DNA of 64,000 nt, taken from positions 34,884 through 98,883 of the forward strand of contig JAUYKM010000018.1 of assembly GCA_030699125.1 (NCBI GenBank), given 5' to 3'. Both the position numbers and the translations under genes were made by a program. A model generated the notes under the pieces. That model was not told where the DNA came from, did not search any database, and saw only the letters and a program-made list of their open reading frames with translations. The DNA is from Candidatus Daviesbacteria bacterium. Its GTDB lineage: Bacteria > Patescibacteriota > Microgenomatia > Daviesbacterales > UBA10151. Numbering within the stretch: the stretch's first letter is position 1; each line of letters starts with the position of its first letter. Shown here in pieces: positions 47,563-57,766 of the stretch.

Positions 47563-48714
47563 ATGAAACTGCTTCATTTTTCTGATATCCACATAGGTAT
47601 GGAGAATTATGCAAAATTGGATCCCGAAACAGGATTATCCACCCGTTTATTAGACTTTTTTAATACATTTGATTTCATTGTTGAAAAAGCTTTCGAGGAA
47701 GATGTAGACGCAGTCGTATTTGCAGGGGACGCTTACAAAGCCCGCGATCCAAATCCCACCCAGCAGAGGGGTTTTGGGGAAAGAATAAAGAAACTGGCCA
47801 AAAAAATTCCGGTAGTTTTGGTGGTGGGAAATCATGATACCCCTAATGCAGAAGGAAAGGCCAATACTTTAGACATTTATTCTGCTTTAGAGATTGAAAA
47901 TGTTTATGTTTCCAGAAAAGTTGAGCTACTTAATATCCCGACCAAATCAGGAATACTGCAAATTGTCACTCTGCCTTGGCTGCATAAAAATGATTACAAA
48001 AGTGTTGGTGATAAATTAGCTCTTTTATATAACAAGATTGAAAAAAGCTCCCCTGCCATATTTTTATCACACTGTGAAGTTGAAGGTGCCTCATACGGAT
48101 CTGAAAAAGGACTGGCCATTTCCAACGATGTCACAATTCCCTTACCGTTAATCCAGAATAAAAAACTCTCTTATGGTGCTTTGGGCCATATTCACAAACA
48201 TCAAGTATTATCTCAAAATCCCCTTATTGTCTATTCCGGTTCTCCTCAAAGAATTGATTTTGGAGAGGAAAAAGAGGAAAAAGGAATCTGTTTGGTAGAT
48301 ATCCCCCAAAAAGGCTTCGCTAGCTTTCAGTTTATCCCCACTAATGCCAGACAATTTTTAACAATTACCGTTGATTTAAAATCCAATGATCCAAACCCCA
48401 CCAAAACAATCCTTTCTGAGATTTCAAAAAATAACATCAAAGACAAAATAGTCAGGATAATAATCAATATTCCCTTTGACTGTAGTGAAGAAATTCAGAT
48501 GGATCAGATTAAAAAATCCCTTAAAGAGGCAAACTATGTTGCGGGGATTTCCCGGAATATAGAGAGAAAAGAGAGATTTAAAATTGATACAGCGGAGGAG
48601 GTGGAAAGACTAACTCCCATCCAGGCTCTACAAAAATATTTTGAATCCAAAAAATATTCTCCCCAAAAACAAAAAGAGTTGGAGGGATTCGCTGCCCAGC
48701 TTTTAGATTCTTAA
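47563..48714 (+). CDS. sbcD: SbcD (Mre11-like) nuclease subunit
   Basis: HFSDIHIG, AGD, GNHD, LGHIH, YSGS...DFGEE. Confidence 0.93.
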   Translation: MKLLHFSDIHIGMENYAKLDPETGLSTRLLDFFNTFDFIVEKAFEEDVDAVVFAGDAYKARDPNPTQQRGFGERIKKLAKKIPVVLVVGNHDTPNAEGKANTLDIYSALEIENVYVSRKVELLNIPTKSGILQIVTLPWLHKNDYKSVGDKLALLYNKIEKSSPAIFLSHCEVEGASYGSEKGLAISNDVTIPLPLIQNKKLSYGALGHIHKHQVLSQNPLIVYSGSPQRIDFGEEKEEKGICLVDIPQKGFASFQFIPTNARQFLTITVDLKSNDPNPTKTILSEISKNNIKDKIVRIIINIPFDCSEEIQMDQIKKSLKEANYVAGISRNIERKERFKIDTAEEVERLTPIQALQKYFESKKYSPQKQKELEGFAAQLLDS

Positions 48715-48717
48715 AAT

Positions 48718-50886
48718 ATGATTCCTGTTGCTCTTAAACTTGCTAACTTCACCTCCTATGGTGAGGGTGTTTCTGAACTTAACTTTTCCAAATTTCATTT
48801 GGCTGCCATTTCCGGACTTAACGGAGCTGGAAAATCATCACTTCTGGATGCCATTACCTGGTGTGTCTGGGGCACCTCCCGTGCCGGTGATAATGCAGAT
48901 CAGTTAGTTAAACTGGGCTCTCAAAAGATGACGGTGGAATTTTCCTTCGAGCTGGATGGTCATATTTATACCATTAAAAGAGCTCGTTTATTAAAAGGTG
49001 GCGGCTCAACAGCCCTGGAACTTTGGTCTGGTTCCACAAATTCACCGCTGCACAACCTCACAGAGGGAACAATCAAAGCCACTCAACAAAAAATAATCAA
49101 CTTATTGCATTTAACCTTTGAGACTTTTACTAACTCCTCATTTTTAAGACAAAATCATGCAGACGAATTTACCACCAAAGGACCTACTGATAGAAAAAGG
49201 ATTTTATCAGATATTTTGGGATTGTCTCATTATGACACCCTTGAAGAGAGGGCAAAAGAAAAAGTTAAAGAATTGCATTCTAAATTAGCTCTTTTAGAGT
49301 ATCAGCTTTTAGAGATTGAGGCTGAAGTTTCACAAAAGGATGAAAGCCAAAATAAATTAAAGGAGGCGCAGGAGAAAATTTCTCAAGTCGAGCAAACTCT
49401 TAAGAAAATTGAGGAGGAACTAAAATCAATCAGAGAGACAAAAGAAAAGCTGATCTTGGCAAATGAGCAAAAATTAAAATTGGAGCAAAATTTGAGGGAA
49501 GATAAAATAGAACTTAATGAAATTTTAAGTCAGGGTCAAAAAAGATCTGCGAGAATTAAAAGATTGGAAGAAGATATTATATCTTTGCCTGAGATTGATA
49601 AAAAACTATCTGATTTAAGTAAGCTGAGAAAAAAGCAGGATGAGATAAATTTACAAAAACAAAAAGGGTTGGAACTGCAAAAACTTTTGGCAACTTCAAA
49701 TGGAGAGTTGGCTGTTAAAAAACAAGCTGAGGAATCAATCAGAAAACAGATCCTGGAGATAGAGAATGACATCAAAAGTTTAGAGGCAAAAGGCGCTAAA
49801 TGTCCTACCTGTGGACAGGAAATTGGCAAAGAGCATAAATTAGAAGTTAAAAAACAACTGATAAAAAAAGTTCAGGATTTTGAAAAAGAGCTGGGAAAAA
49901 TTGATCTTACCTCTGAGCAAAATGATATTAAAAAATACCAAGAACTTCTAAAAAATATTACCCCAATTGAGGAAGGAGATCTTAGTAAACAGATTGAACA
50001 ACTAGAGATGCTTCAAGTTAGAAAAGAGACTCTACTAAAAGCTAAAGCTGAGCTGGAAAGTGAAAAAAGAGTGGTAGCAGAACTTCGAGAATTTTATAAA
50101 AATAAGCTATCTATGATTAAAAAAATAGAATTAGGACTTGCTAAATTACCGGATGTTAAAGAAAAATTAGATTACCTGAATGTGGAAAGCATAGCAAAGG
50201 AGGAAACTTTAACAAAGCTTCGGGAAGAAGAGAAAGAGGCACGAAATATTTTTGGACAAGTTAAAGAATTAATGAGTAGAACGCAACAGTTGGAAAAATT
50301 ACAAAAAATAAAGTTGGAGGAAAAGAATATTTTGGAAAAGGAGAAGGCCAACTTTGAGGAGCTTGCCTTAGCGTTTGGTAAAAAAGGGATACAGGCTATG
50401 ATTATAGAAACTGCCATTCCGGAGATTGAGGAAGAAGCAAATAAACTGCTCGAAAGATTAACGGAGGGTAGAATGAAAGTTAGGTTTGAAACCCAAAGGG
50501 AAACTAAGACTAAAATGGAAAGTGGTGAAAAGGGCATTATAGAAACCCTAGATATTATTATTTCCGATGAGATGGGGGAAAGAGAATATGAGCTATATTC
50601 GGGAGGGGAGGCTTTCAGGGTAAATTTCGCCATCAGAATTGCCTTGTCAAAACTCTTAACCAGAAGGGTAGGAGCCAGATTACAGTTTTTAGTCATAGAT
50701 GAGGGTTTTGGTACACAAGATATAGAAGGAAGGACAAAAATTGTAGAAGTTCTAGATACTATCAAAAATGATTTTGAGAAAATCTTAGTCATTACTCATT
50801 TGGAACAGTTAAAGGAGGAGTTTCCAGTACGGATTGAGGTCATCAAAGGAAGTTCCGGCTCCACCTTTGAAGTAGTTGGACTTTAA
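48718..50886 (+). CDS. sbcC: SbcC (Rad50-like) SMC ATPase
   Basis: GLNGAGKSS, coiled coil with CPTCG zinc hook, YSGGE, IDEGFGTQD. Confidence 0.93.
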   Translation: MIPVALKLANFTSYGEGVSELNFSKFHLAAISGLNGAGKSSLLDAITWCVWGTSRAGDNADQLVKLGSQKMTVEFSFELDGHIYTIKRARLLKGGGSTALELWSGSTNSPLHNLTEGTIKATQQKIINLLHLTFETFTNSSFLRQNHADEFTTKGPTDRKRILSDILGLSHYDTLEERAKEKVKELHSKLALLEYQLLEIEAEVSQKDESQNKLKEAQEKISQVEQTLKKIEEELKSIRETKEKLILANEQKLKLEQNLREDKIELNEILSQGQKRSARIKRLEEDIISLPEIDKKLSDLSKLRKKQDEINLQKQKGLELQKLLATSNGELAVKKQAEESIRKQILEIENDIKSLEAKGAKCPTCGQEIGKEHKLEVKKQLIKKVQDFEKELGKIDLTSEQNDIKKYQELLKNITPIEEGDLSKQIEQLEMLQVRKETLLKAKAELESEKRVVAELREFYKNKLSMIKKIELGLAKLPDVKEKLDYLNVESIAKEETLTKLREEEKEARNIFGQVKELMSRTQQLEKLQKIKLEEKNILEKEKANFEELALAFGKKGIQAMIIETAIPEIEEEANKLLERLTEGRMKVRFETQRETKTKMESGEKGIIETLDIIISDEMGEREYELYSGGEAFRVNFAIRIALSKLLTRRVGARLQFLVIDEGFGTQDIEGRTKIVEVLDTIKNDFEKILVITHLEQLKEEFPVRIEVIKGSSGSTFEVVGL

Positions 50887-50900
50887 GCTACAATTATTAC

Positions 50901-51281
50901 ATGATCAAATTTCTGCCAAAATTGTTGCTGCCGCTAATTTTTTGGGGCAGTTTTATTTATGTAGTCTTACAAATTCCCTATCCTGAGTCTTTTTCTCAAG
51001 CCAGCCCTCAGCAACTTTTATATTTTTTTGTCAGTTTATTTTTTGCCATCACTTTGACTTTAAATATTTTTTTAAATTTTATTCTTTTGTCAGCATCAGT
51101 TGCTATTGGTATAATTCTTCTTCTTATTTTAAGGGCAATGGAATTTTTAAATATTGTCACCACCATTATGGTATTGATTGCAGTAGGTTTGCTTTTTTCC
51201 TATTTTGGGAAAATCAAAGGTAAAAAATTGACTTTAAATTCAAAAATCCCTAAACTGACACATCTAAGGAGAAGCAGATGA
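50901..51281 (+). CDS. Four-TM hypothetical membrane protein
   Basis: Hydrophobic 126 aa; ATGA overlap with metG; TACAAT 6 nt upstream. Confidence 0.65.
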   Translation: MIKFLPKLLLPLIFWGSFIYVVLQIPYPESFSQASPQQLLYFFVSLFFAITLTLNIFLNFILLSASVAIGIILLLILRAMEFLNIVTTIMVLIAVGLLFSYFGKIKGKKLTLNSKIPKLTHLRRSR

Positions 51282-52699
51282 ATAAATATTACATTACTAC
51301 CGCTATTCCTTATGTTAATGCTGCGCCCCATATTGGGTTTGCCTTAGAAACCATTCAGGCAGACGCGATTGCAAGATATCATCGATTACTCGGAGAAGAT
51401 GTCTATTTTTCATCTGGTTCTGATGAAAATAGTTTAAAAAATGTTCAGGCTGCAGAAGCTGAAAATATTCCTACTCAACAACTAGTAGATAAATACGCCA
51501 AAAAATTCCAAGACTTGAAAGAAATTTTGAACCTTTCTTATGATATTTTTAATAGGACTGCCACTAAAAATCATTTTAAAGGAGCACAAAAATTATGGAT
51601 TTCATGTAAAAAAGAAGATCTCTATAAAAAAACCTACACCGGTCTTTATTGTGTAGGTTGTGAAGAATTTTATACTGAAGAAGAATTAGTGGAAAGACAT
51701 TGTCCGGAACATCCAAATATTATTCCAGATCAGGTGAGCGAAGAGAATTATTTCTTTAAATTAACCAATTACCAAACGCAATTAGAAGAATTAATAACTT
51801 CCAGCAAATTAGATATTATCCCCGAGACTAGAAAAAATGAGGTTTTATCCTTTATTAAACAGGGTCTCAAAGATTTTTCTATATCCCGATCTAAAGAAAG
51901 AGCAAAGAATTGGGGAGTACCTGTGCCAGGTGATGAATCTCAAGTTATGTATGTATGGTTTGATGCATTGGTAACTTATCTAACAGCACTTGGATATGGA
52001 AATAATGAAGAGTTATTCAATAAATATTGGACCAAAGACACACAAAAAATTCATGTGATAGGGAAAGGGATCATCAGATTTCATGCAGTTTATTGGATCG
52101 CCATGCTTTTATCTGTAAACTTTCCATTACCTAACACGGAATTTGTACATGGATATATCACTGTTAACGGACAAAAAATTAGTAAATCCTTAGGTAATGT
52201 GATTGATCCATTCCAATTGGTAGAAAAATACGGAACAGATGCACTCCGCTATTATCTATTAAGAGAAATCCCTGCATATGGAGATGGTGATTTTTCAGAA
52301 GAGAAGTTTAAGGAACTTTATAATGCAGATTTGGCAAATGGATTGGGGAATTTAATTTCCAGAATTGCTAAACTTTGTGAACAAAATAATATTGAGGCTT
52401 TTCCAGGTTCTTCTGTTTGGTGCGCTGATTTGGAAAAATATATGAAAGAATTTAAATTTAATGAGGCAATTGCAGTTATTTGGCAGCTTATCACTGAAAC
52501 AGATAAAAAGATTAACGAAGAAAAACCCTGGCAACTTAAAGGCGGAAAACTTAAGAAAATTTTAGAAGATTATATTAAAAGAATCCAGGCCATAGCCTTT
52601 AATCTCAGGCCATTTTTACCGGAAACGGCCCAAAAAATAGAAAAACAATTTTCAGGAAAAATAAAATCTGGCCCACCACTTTTTCCTAGAATTACATGA
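51278..52699 (+). CDS. metG: Methionine--tRNA ligase (short form)
   Basis: YITTAIPYVN, HIGF, YVWFDAL, KISKSLGN. Confidence 0.97.
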   Translation: MNKYYITTAIPYVNAAPHIGFALETIQADAIARYHRLLGEDVYFSSGSDENSLKNVQAAEAENIPTQQLVDKYAKKFQDLKEILNLSYDIFNRTATKNHFKGAQKLWISCKKEDLYKKTYTGLYCVGCEEFYTEEELVERHCPEHPNIIPDQVSEENYFFKLTNYQTQLEELITSSKLDIIPETRKNEVLSFIKQGLKDFSISRSKERAKNWGVPVPGDESQVMYVWFDALVTYLTALGYGNNEELFNKYWTKDTQKIHVIGKGIIRFHAVYWIAMLLSVNFPLPNTEFVHGYITVNGQKISKSLGNVIDPFQLVEKYGTDALRYYLLREIPAYGDGDFSEEKFKELYNADLANGLGNLISRIAKLCEQNNIEAFPGSSVWCADLEKYMKEFKFNEAIAVIWQLITETDKKINEEKPWQLKGGKLKKILEDYIKRIQAIAFNLRPFLPETAQKIEKQFSGKIKSGPPLFPRIT

Positions 52700-53169
52700 A
52701 GAAAAATTTAAGGAAAATATCTAAAAAAGAATTGCAAAGAGGGGTTGATTATATTGGCATTACTTGTGTATTTTTTTGTCATGACGGAAGGGGGAATCTA
52801 TTATTTCATAAAAGGAGCCAGAACACCCGGGATGAAAGAGGTAATTGGGATGTGGGTGGTGGTTCTTTGGAATTCGGAGAATCATTTGAAGAAGGAGTTT
52901 TAAGAGAAATAAAAGAGGAGTATTGTTGTGATGTTTTAGATCTTAAACTAGTGGGCACAAGAAATGTTCTAAGAAAAAATCATGATAATAAAAAAACCCA
53001 CTGGGTTGCTTTACTTTTTATAGCCCAGGTAGATCCTGCGCAAGTTAAAATAGGCGACTCAGATGCTATGGATGAAATAGGCTGGTTTTCCCAAAAGAAC
53101 TTCCCGGAACCCATACATTCTTATTTCTATTCGTGCTTTGATTTAGTAAAAAAAGAAATACTTAAGTAA
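52696..53169 (+). CDS. Nudix hydrolase
   Basis: GGSLEFGESFEEGVLREIKEEY Nudix box. Confidence 0.9.
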   Translation: MKKNLRKISKKELQRGVDYIGITCVFFCHDGRGNLLFHKRSQNTRDERGNWDVGGGSLEFGESFEEGVLREIKEEYCCDVLDLKLVGTRNVLRKNHDNKKTHWVALLFIAQVDPAQVKIGDSDAMDEIGWFSQKNFPEPIHSYFYSCFDLVKKEILK

Positions 53170-53560
53170 AATATTTTTCTACTGCTTTATAGTGACCATC
53201 TACACAAAATTTTTTGTAGTTTTCTTTATTCACCCATCGATATTCACTATGCTCATCACTTAAAGTAACATCACCTGAAATATATTTACATCTATATCCC
53301 ACCAGAAATACTTTACCTTGATTTCTATGATCTTTGGGAAATTCTATCATCCAGGTGATAAATGGGTCGCCAATTTCAATTTCTAATCCGGTTTCTTCTC
53401 TGACTTCTCTTTTTAAAGCCTCCCTTAAATCATTTTCATCTTCTTTAATTTTCCCACCCGGTAAGTCTACACCTAGCTTAGGATCAACCAAGATTAGAAT
53501 TTCGCCTTTTCTGTCTATAAAAGCTTTTTGTCCTACAAAAAGCAATTGGTCGTCTTTCAT
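53162..53560 (-). CDS. Nudix hydrolase
   Basis: PGGKIKEDENDLREALKREVREETG, LSDEH. Confidence 0.9.
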   Translation of the reverse strand: MKDDQLLFVGQKAFIDRKGEILILVDPKLGVDLPGGKIKEDENDLREALKREVREETGLEIEIGDPFITWMIEFPKDHRNQGKVFLVGYRCKYISGDVTLSDEHSEYRWVNKENYKKFCVDGHYKAVEKYFT

Positions 53561-53599
53561 AGCTAAACAATAATACTAGAAAAATATATAATATTCATC

Positions 53600-54490
53600 A
53601 TGCTAATTGATACACATGCACATCTTTATTGGGATGTTTTTGAAAAAGATTTAGATCAAGTGATCCAGCGCTCTATTGATGCCGGAGTAAATACCATTAT
53701 TAATGTTGGGGTTGATGTTGAAAAAAGTAAAATCGCCGCTAGACAGGTTAAGGAGAAGTTATCAAAAATCCCAAACTTTTTTAGCTTTTCTACTATCGGA
53801 ATTCATCCACATGAAGCAATAAAATATCAAGATGATGTATCCATACACGAGGACATAAAGAAATTAGAAGAAATATATCAAACCCAACCAGATCATATTG
53901 TAGCAGTTGGTGAGTGTGGATTAGATTTTTATTTGGACAGGAATGATATTCATCCTGACATCACTCTCCCCTACGGTCAAATCAAGAATCTGCAAAGACA
54001 ATTATTTCAAGTTCAAATTGATCTGGCCAAAAAATTAAACCTACCCCTCATCGTCCATTGCCGTGATGATAGATCCAAGGGTAGTGGTTCGACAGGCTTA
54101 CCACCTCAGGAGACTTTGTCTCCTTCGGCCTGGGATGAAGTCTTAAATATGGTGGGTAATCATCCTACCATCCTCCACTGCTACTCAGGTTTGCCTAAAA
54201 CCACTAACCTAGTTCTTAGTTCCTCCAACCTTTTTGTTTCCTTTGCTGCCACCATTACCTATCCTAAAAATGAATATTTGAGGGATGCTGCCAGAATCTT
54301 ACCCTTAGAAAAAATCCTTTTAGAAACAGATTGCCCATTCCTCCCTCCTCAATCAAGAAGAGGTCAAAGAAATGAACCGGCCAATGTTTTAGAAACTGCC
54401 CAACTGATTGCTGATTTAAAAAATATATCTTTGGAGCAGCTCAACAATCAAACTTCTAATAATGTCAAACGTATCTTAAAGCTAAATTAG
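53600..54490 (+). CDS. tatD: TatD family DNase
   Basis: IDTHAH, GIHPH, VGECGLD, VHCRD, LHCYS, LETDCP. Confidence 0.95.
   Translation: MLIDTHAHLYWDVFEKDLDQVIQRSIDAGVNTIINVGVDVEKSKIAARQVKEKLSKIPNFFSFSTIGIHPHEAIKYQDDVSIHEDIKKLEEIYQTQPDHIVAVGECGLDFYLDRNDIHPDITLPYGQIKNLQRQLFQVQIDLAKKLNLPLIVHCRDDRSKGSGSTGLPPQETLSPSAWDEVLNMVGNHPTILHCYSGLPKTTNLVLSSSNLFVSFAATITYPKNEYLRDAARILPLEKILLETDCPFLPPQSRRGQRNEPANVLETAQLIADLKNISLEQLNNQTSNNVKRILKLN
54084..54123 (+). repeat. In-frame palindromic inserts in tatD (GTGGTTCGACAGGCTTACCAC; GGAGAC-TTT-GTCTCC)
   Basis: Encodes GSTGLPPQETLSP between the HCRD and AWDE motifs. Confidence 0.65.
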
Positions 54491-54532
54491 ATTTGATTTA
54501 TTAAGCTCAATTCATTACACTAGTGCTTGCAT

Positions 54533-56308
54533 ATGAGACTTTTGTTGCTTTTTTTTATTGGACTTTTGTCCTTTTTTTATTTCTCAGATATATTAAATCG
54601 CTTCAGCAAAAATATCCGTTATAGTCTAATTGGGATTGGTTTAACCATTCTTGGTTTAATCTTAGGTTTCTTTGGTCAAAATATACTTTTAGGCGGTCTA
54701 AACGTCATGAGTGCTTTTTTCTTAATAGGAGCAGGCTTAGGCTTAATCATTCATCATCTTCTATCACACAAATTTATTATCTCCGAGAATATAGAAAAAG
54801 CGTTTGTATTAAAACATGAAAGTTTAATTGAGCGAATTTTGGAAATACTGCCTGGGGCTATTACATGGATTGCCCTCACTTCCCCTATCTGGTTATCTTT
54901 TACACTACCTTTTGCTGTTGCATACTTAATTTTAATCGCAGACGTTTATTGGCTACTAACTGCTTTGAAAATTGGCATATTGATAATAGTCGGTTATAGA
55001 AAAATGGAATGGGCTAAAAAACAAAATTGGTTTAAACTTCTACAAAAAGAGTATCCAAAAATTTGGGAAAACTATTATCAGCTGATACTGATCCCCACTT
55101 TTAAAGAGCCCCCATACATACTTTCTACAACTTTAAACGGCATCCTAAACACAGAATATCCCAGAGATAAAATTTTTATTGCAGTGGGATTTGAAGAAAG
55201 AGATGATCCTCAAAAAATTAAAGAAACCAAAAATATATTAAAAAAAGTTGAAGGAAAAATTGGAGGAGTTTTTTCAACAATTCACCCCTTTGGTCTGGAA
55301 GGTGAGGTACCTGGCCAAGGTTCTAATAAAAATTGGATGATCAAACAAATCTTGCCGGAAATTAAAAGAAGGGGAATAAAAATAGAAGATATATTTGTTA
55401 CAACTTTGGATGCTGACTTTGTCATTCATCCCCAGTTTCTTGCTGGCGCTTTGCATAAATATTTATCGACACCTAATCTAGAAAGGGATAAACGAACCTT
55501 TACTGGAGTATTTTTATACCACAATAATTATTGGCAAACCCCAGCCCCTATGAGACTGATGGCAACCGGCACCTCCTTCTGGCAATTGGCAGAAATGGTT
55601 GGATCAGATAAATATATGAACTATTCATCTATGTCTGTTAATTTAAAAACCTTATTGGATATTGGACTGTGGATTCCTGATAAAGTCAACGATGACTCAG
55701 GGTTCTATTGGAAAGCTTACTATCATTTTAATGGAGATTATAAAGTTATACCTCATTTTATACCCATCTCTGCTGATGCGGTTCAGGATACCTCGCTTCT
55801 AAAAACTTTCCAAAACCAATATTTACAAATTAAGAGGTGGGCCTATGGGGTGGAACATATGCCCTTTATCATAAAACAGTATTTTACAAAAGAGATAGAT
55901 TTTTGGGACAAAACAGATAGAGTTTTATTTAAATTATGGGGAGATCTAAAATGGGGATTTTTGGCAATTTTTGTAACATTTGGTTCTCTTTTTATTCCCT
56001 TGGTTAATCCAGGATTTAAGGAGTCTGTAATCTCTATCAATTTACCCATTATCTCTTCCTGGATTTTAACAGCAGCTTTCTTAGGTCTTTTTGCCACAAT
56101 TTATGTTCACGAAAAAACAGTTCCCAAAAGACCTTCTTCTTGGTCCTTTTTACAAAGAATTTGGTCATATTTTCAGTGGCTTTTAATCCCCATTATTCTA
56201 ATCACCATTTCGTCGCTTCCGGCAATAGATGCCCAGACTTCCTTAATGTTTGGGAAAAGATTAGAGTTTAGAGTAACAAACAAGGTTCGGTTATTAAAAG
56301 AGGCTTAA
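54533..56308 (+). CDS. Multi-TM processive GT2 glycosyltransferase
   Basis: IPTFKEP, TLDAD (DxD), VNDD, QIKRW (QxxRW), flanking TM helices. Confidence 0.85.
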   Translation: MRLLLLFFIGLLSFFYFSDILNRFSKNIRYSLIGIGLTILGLILGFFGQNILLGGLNVMSAFFLIGAGLGLIIHHLLSHKFIISENIEKAFVLKHESLIERILEILPGAITWIALTSPIWLSFTLPFAVAYLILIADVYWLLTALKIGILIIVGYRKMEWAKKQNWFKLLQKEYPKIWENYYQLILIPTFKEPPYILSTTLNGILNTEYPRDKIFIAVGFEERDDPQKIKETKNILKKVEGKIGGVFSTIHPFGLEGEVPGQGSNKNWMIKQILPEIKRRGIKIEDIFVTTLDADFVIHPQFLAGALHKYLSTPNLERDKRTFTGVFLYHNNYWQTPAPMRLMATGTSFWQLAEMVGSDKYMNYSSMSVNLKTLLDIGLWIPDKVNDDSGFYWKAYYHFNGDYKVIPHFIPISADAVQDTSLLKTFQNQYLQIKRWAYGVEHMPFIIKQYFTKEIDFWDKTDRVLFKLWGDLKWGFLAIFVTFGSLFIPLVNPGFKESVISINLPIISSWILTAAFLGLFATIYVHEKTVPKRPSSWSFLQRIWSYFQWLLIPIILITISSLPAIDAQTSLMFGKRLEFRVTNKVRLLKEA

Positions 56309-56314
56309 ATTTAT

Positions 56315-56680
56315 ATGGTAGCATTACGAAATGAATTAATTGAGAATAAATTGACTAAAAGATTTTATCTTTGGACTAGTATAACTCCTTTGATAATATC
56401 ATTAATATTGATTCTGATTATCTTTTTTCTGTTTCGATATCTTCCTTCCCGACTTCCTCTTTTCTATTCTTTTCCCTGGGGAGAAAGTCAACTGGCTTCA
56501 CACTATCAATTCTATATAGTACCAGTAAGCATTCTAGTAATAACTTTTATTAATTCAGTAATTTCCGCTCAACTACACTCAAGTCAATTATTTTTTAAAA
56601 AAGGACTTCTTTTATCATCTCTGGTTATAACCACTATACTAACTATTACAATTATCAAGATAGTTTTTGTTTTTGTCTAA
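56315..56680 (+). CDS. Three-TM membrane protein (DUF1648-like)
   Basis: LP.RLPLFYS.PWGE.QL motif. Confidence 0.6.
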   Translation: MVALRNELIENKLTKRFYLWTSITPLIISLILILIIFFLFRYLPSRLPLFYSFPWGESQLASHYQFYIVPVSILVITFINSVISAQLHSSQLFFKKGLLLSSLVITTILTITIIKIVFVFV

Positions 56681-56704
56681 ATAAATATTTAATTCAAAAT
56701 TTTT

Positions 56705-57766
56705 ATGATTTTTTTCTTTCCTGCTATTTTATCTTTCTTATTAACAGCTATATCTATCCCCCCCACTATTAAGTTTGCCAAGAAATTTAATTTAGTTGAT
56801 AATCCAAAATTAAGGCCACATCCTGCCCATATTCAAAAAAGGATTGTACCAAGAGCTGCGGGACTGGCTTGTTATTTAGGAATTGTCCTGTCAATATTAA
56901 TATTTGTTCCTATCAGCTTACAACTTATTGGTATTATTACTGCTTTATTAATACTGCTTGTTATCGGACTTCTTGATGATCGTTATCAGAATATTTCACC
57001 ATATTTTAGATTAATCATTCAATTTACGGCTGCGTTGATTGTAGTTTTGACAGGAATTGGAATAGAATTTATCACCAATCCTCTCGGAGGTATTATTCAG
57101 CTAAACCAACCATTTATTTTTAGCTTAACTTTTGGTGATACGCTAGCCTTAGTCTGGATAGTCTGGGTGATGAACATGATTAATTGGTCCAAAGGTGTTG
57201 ATGGGCAGATGCCAACTATTGCCTTTGCAGCATCAATTATTTTGGGTTTACTTTCTGTCAAATTATATCTCGAAGGTGATTTAATCCAGCAAAATGTCGC
57301 TATACTTTCTTTTATTACAACAGGAGCAAGTTTTGCTCTGCTTCTTTTTAATTGGTATCCTGCCAAAATTTTTCCGGGTTTTTCAGGATCCACGATCTTA
57401 GGTTTTATGATTGCAATTTTGGCAATCTTATCAGGAGCTAAGCTTGCCACTGCCGGTTTGGTATTACTTATTCCTGCCACTGATTTTGCCTATACTTTTA
57501 TAAGAAGAATCATCCAAGGAAAATCTCCTGTTTGGGGAGACCGCGGACATCTTCATCATAAACTTTTAGAAATGGGTTTGTCGCATCAGAGCATCTCCTT
57601 GTTTTACTTTTTGGGATCTGTTATCTTAGGGGCAATCGCCCTAAATTTATCAAGTAGCGGAAAATTATTTGCGGCGATTTTAGTAGCAATTATATTGCTT
57701 GGGGCAATATTATGGTTAAACTTTTTTGGGGGATCATTAAAACAGCCAGACCCAGACAGTGGATAA
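56705..57766 (+). CDS. Polyprenyl-phosphate GlcNAc-1-phosphate transferase (WecA/TagO, MraY superfamily)
   Basis: IGLLDD, NMINWSKGVDG, FNWYPAKIF, DRGHLHH. Confidence 0.9.
   Translation: MIFFFPAILSFLLTAISIPPTIKFAKKFNLVDNPKLRPHPAHIQKRIVPRAAGLACYLGIVLSILIFVPISLQLIGIITALLILLVIGLLDDRYQNISPYFRLIIQFTAALIVVLTGIGIEFITNPLGGIIQLNQPFIFSLTFGDTLALVWIVWVMNMINWSKGVDGQMPTIAFAASIILGLLSVKLYLEGDLIQQNVAILSFITTGASFALLLFNWYPAKIFPGFSGSTILGFMIAILAILSGAKLATAGLVLLIPATDFAYTFIRRIIQGKSPVWGDRGHLHHKLLEMGLSHQSISLFYFLGSVILGAIALNLSSSGKLFAAILVAIILLGAILWLNFFGGSLKQPDPDSG

Noticed and set aside
47563-50886. SMC ATPase plus nuclease as a defence system (Wadjet/Lamassu-like)
   Set aside because: Motifs, zinc hook and gene order fit ordinary SbcCD
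52696-53560. Convergent Nudix pair between metG and tatD as a novel system
   Set aside because: Multiple Nudix genes are common in such genomes and nothing links the two functionally
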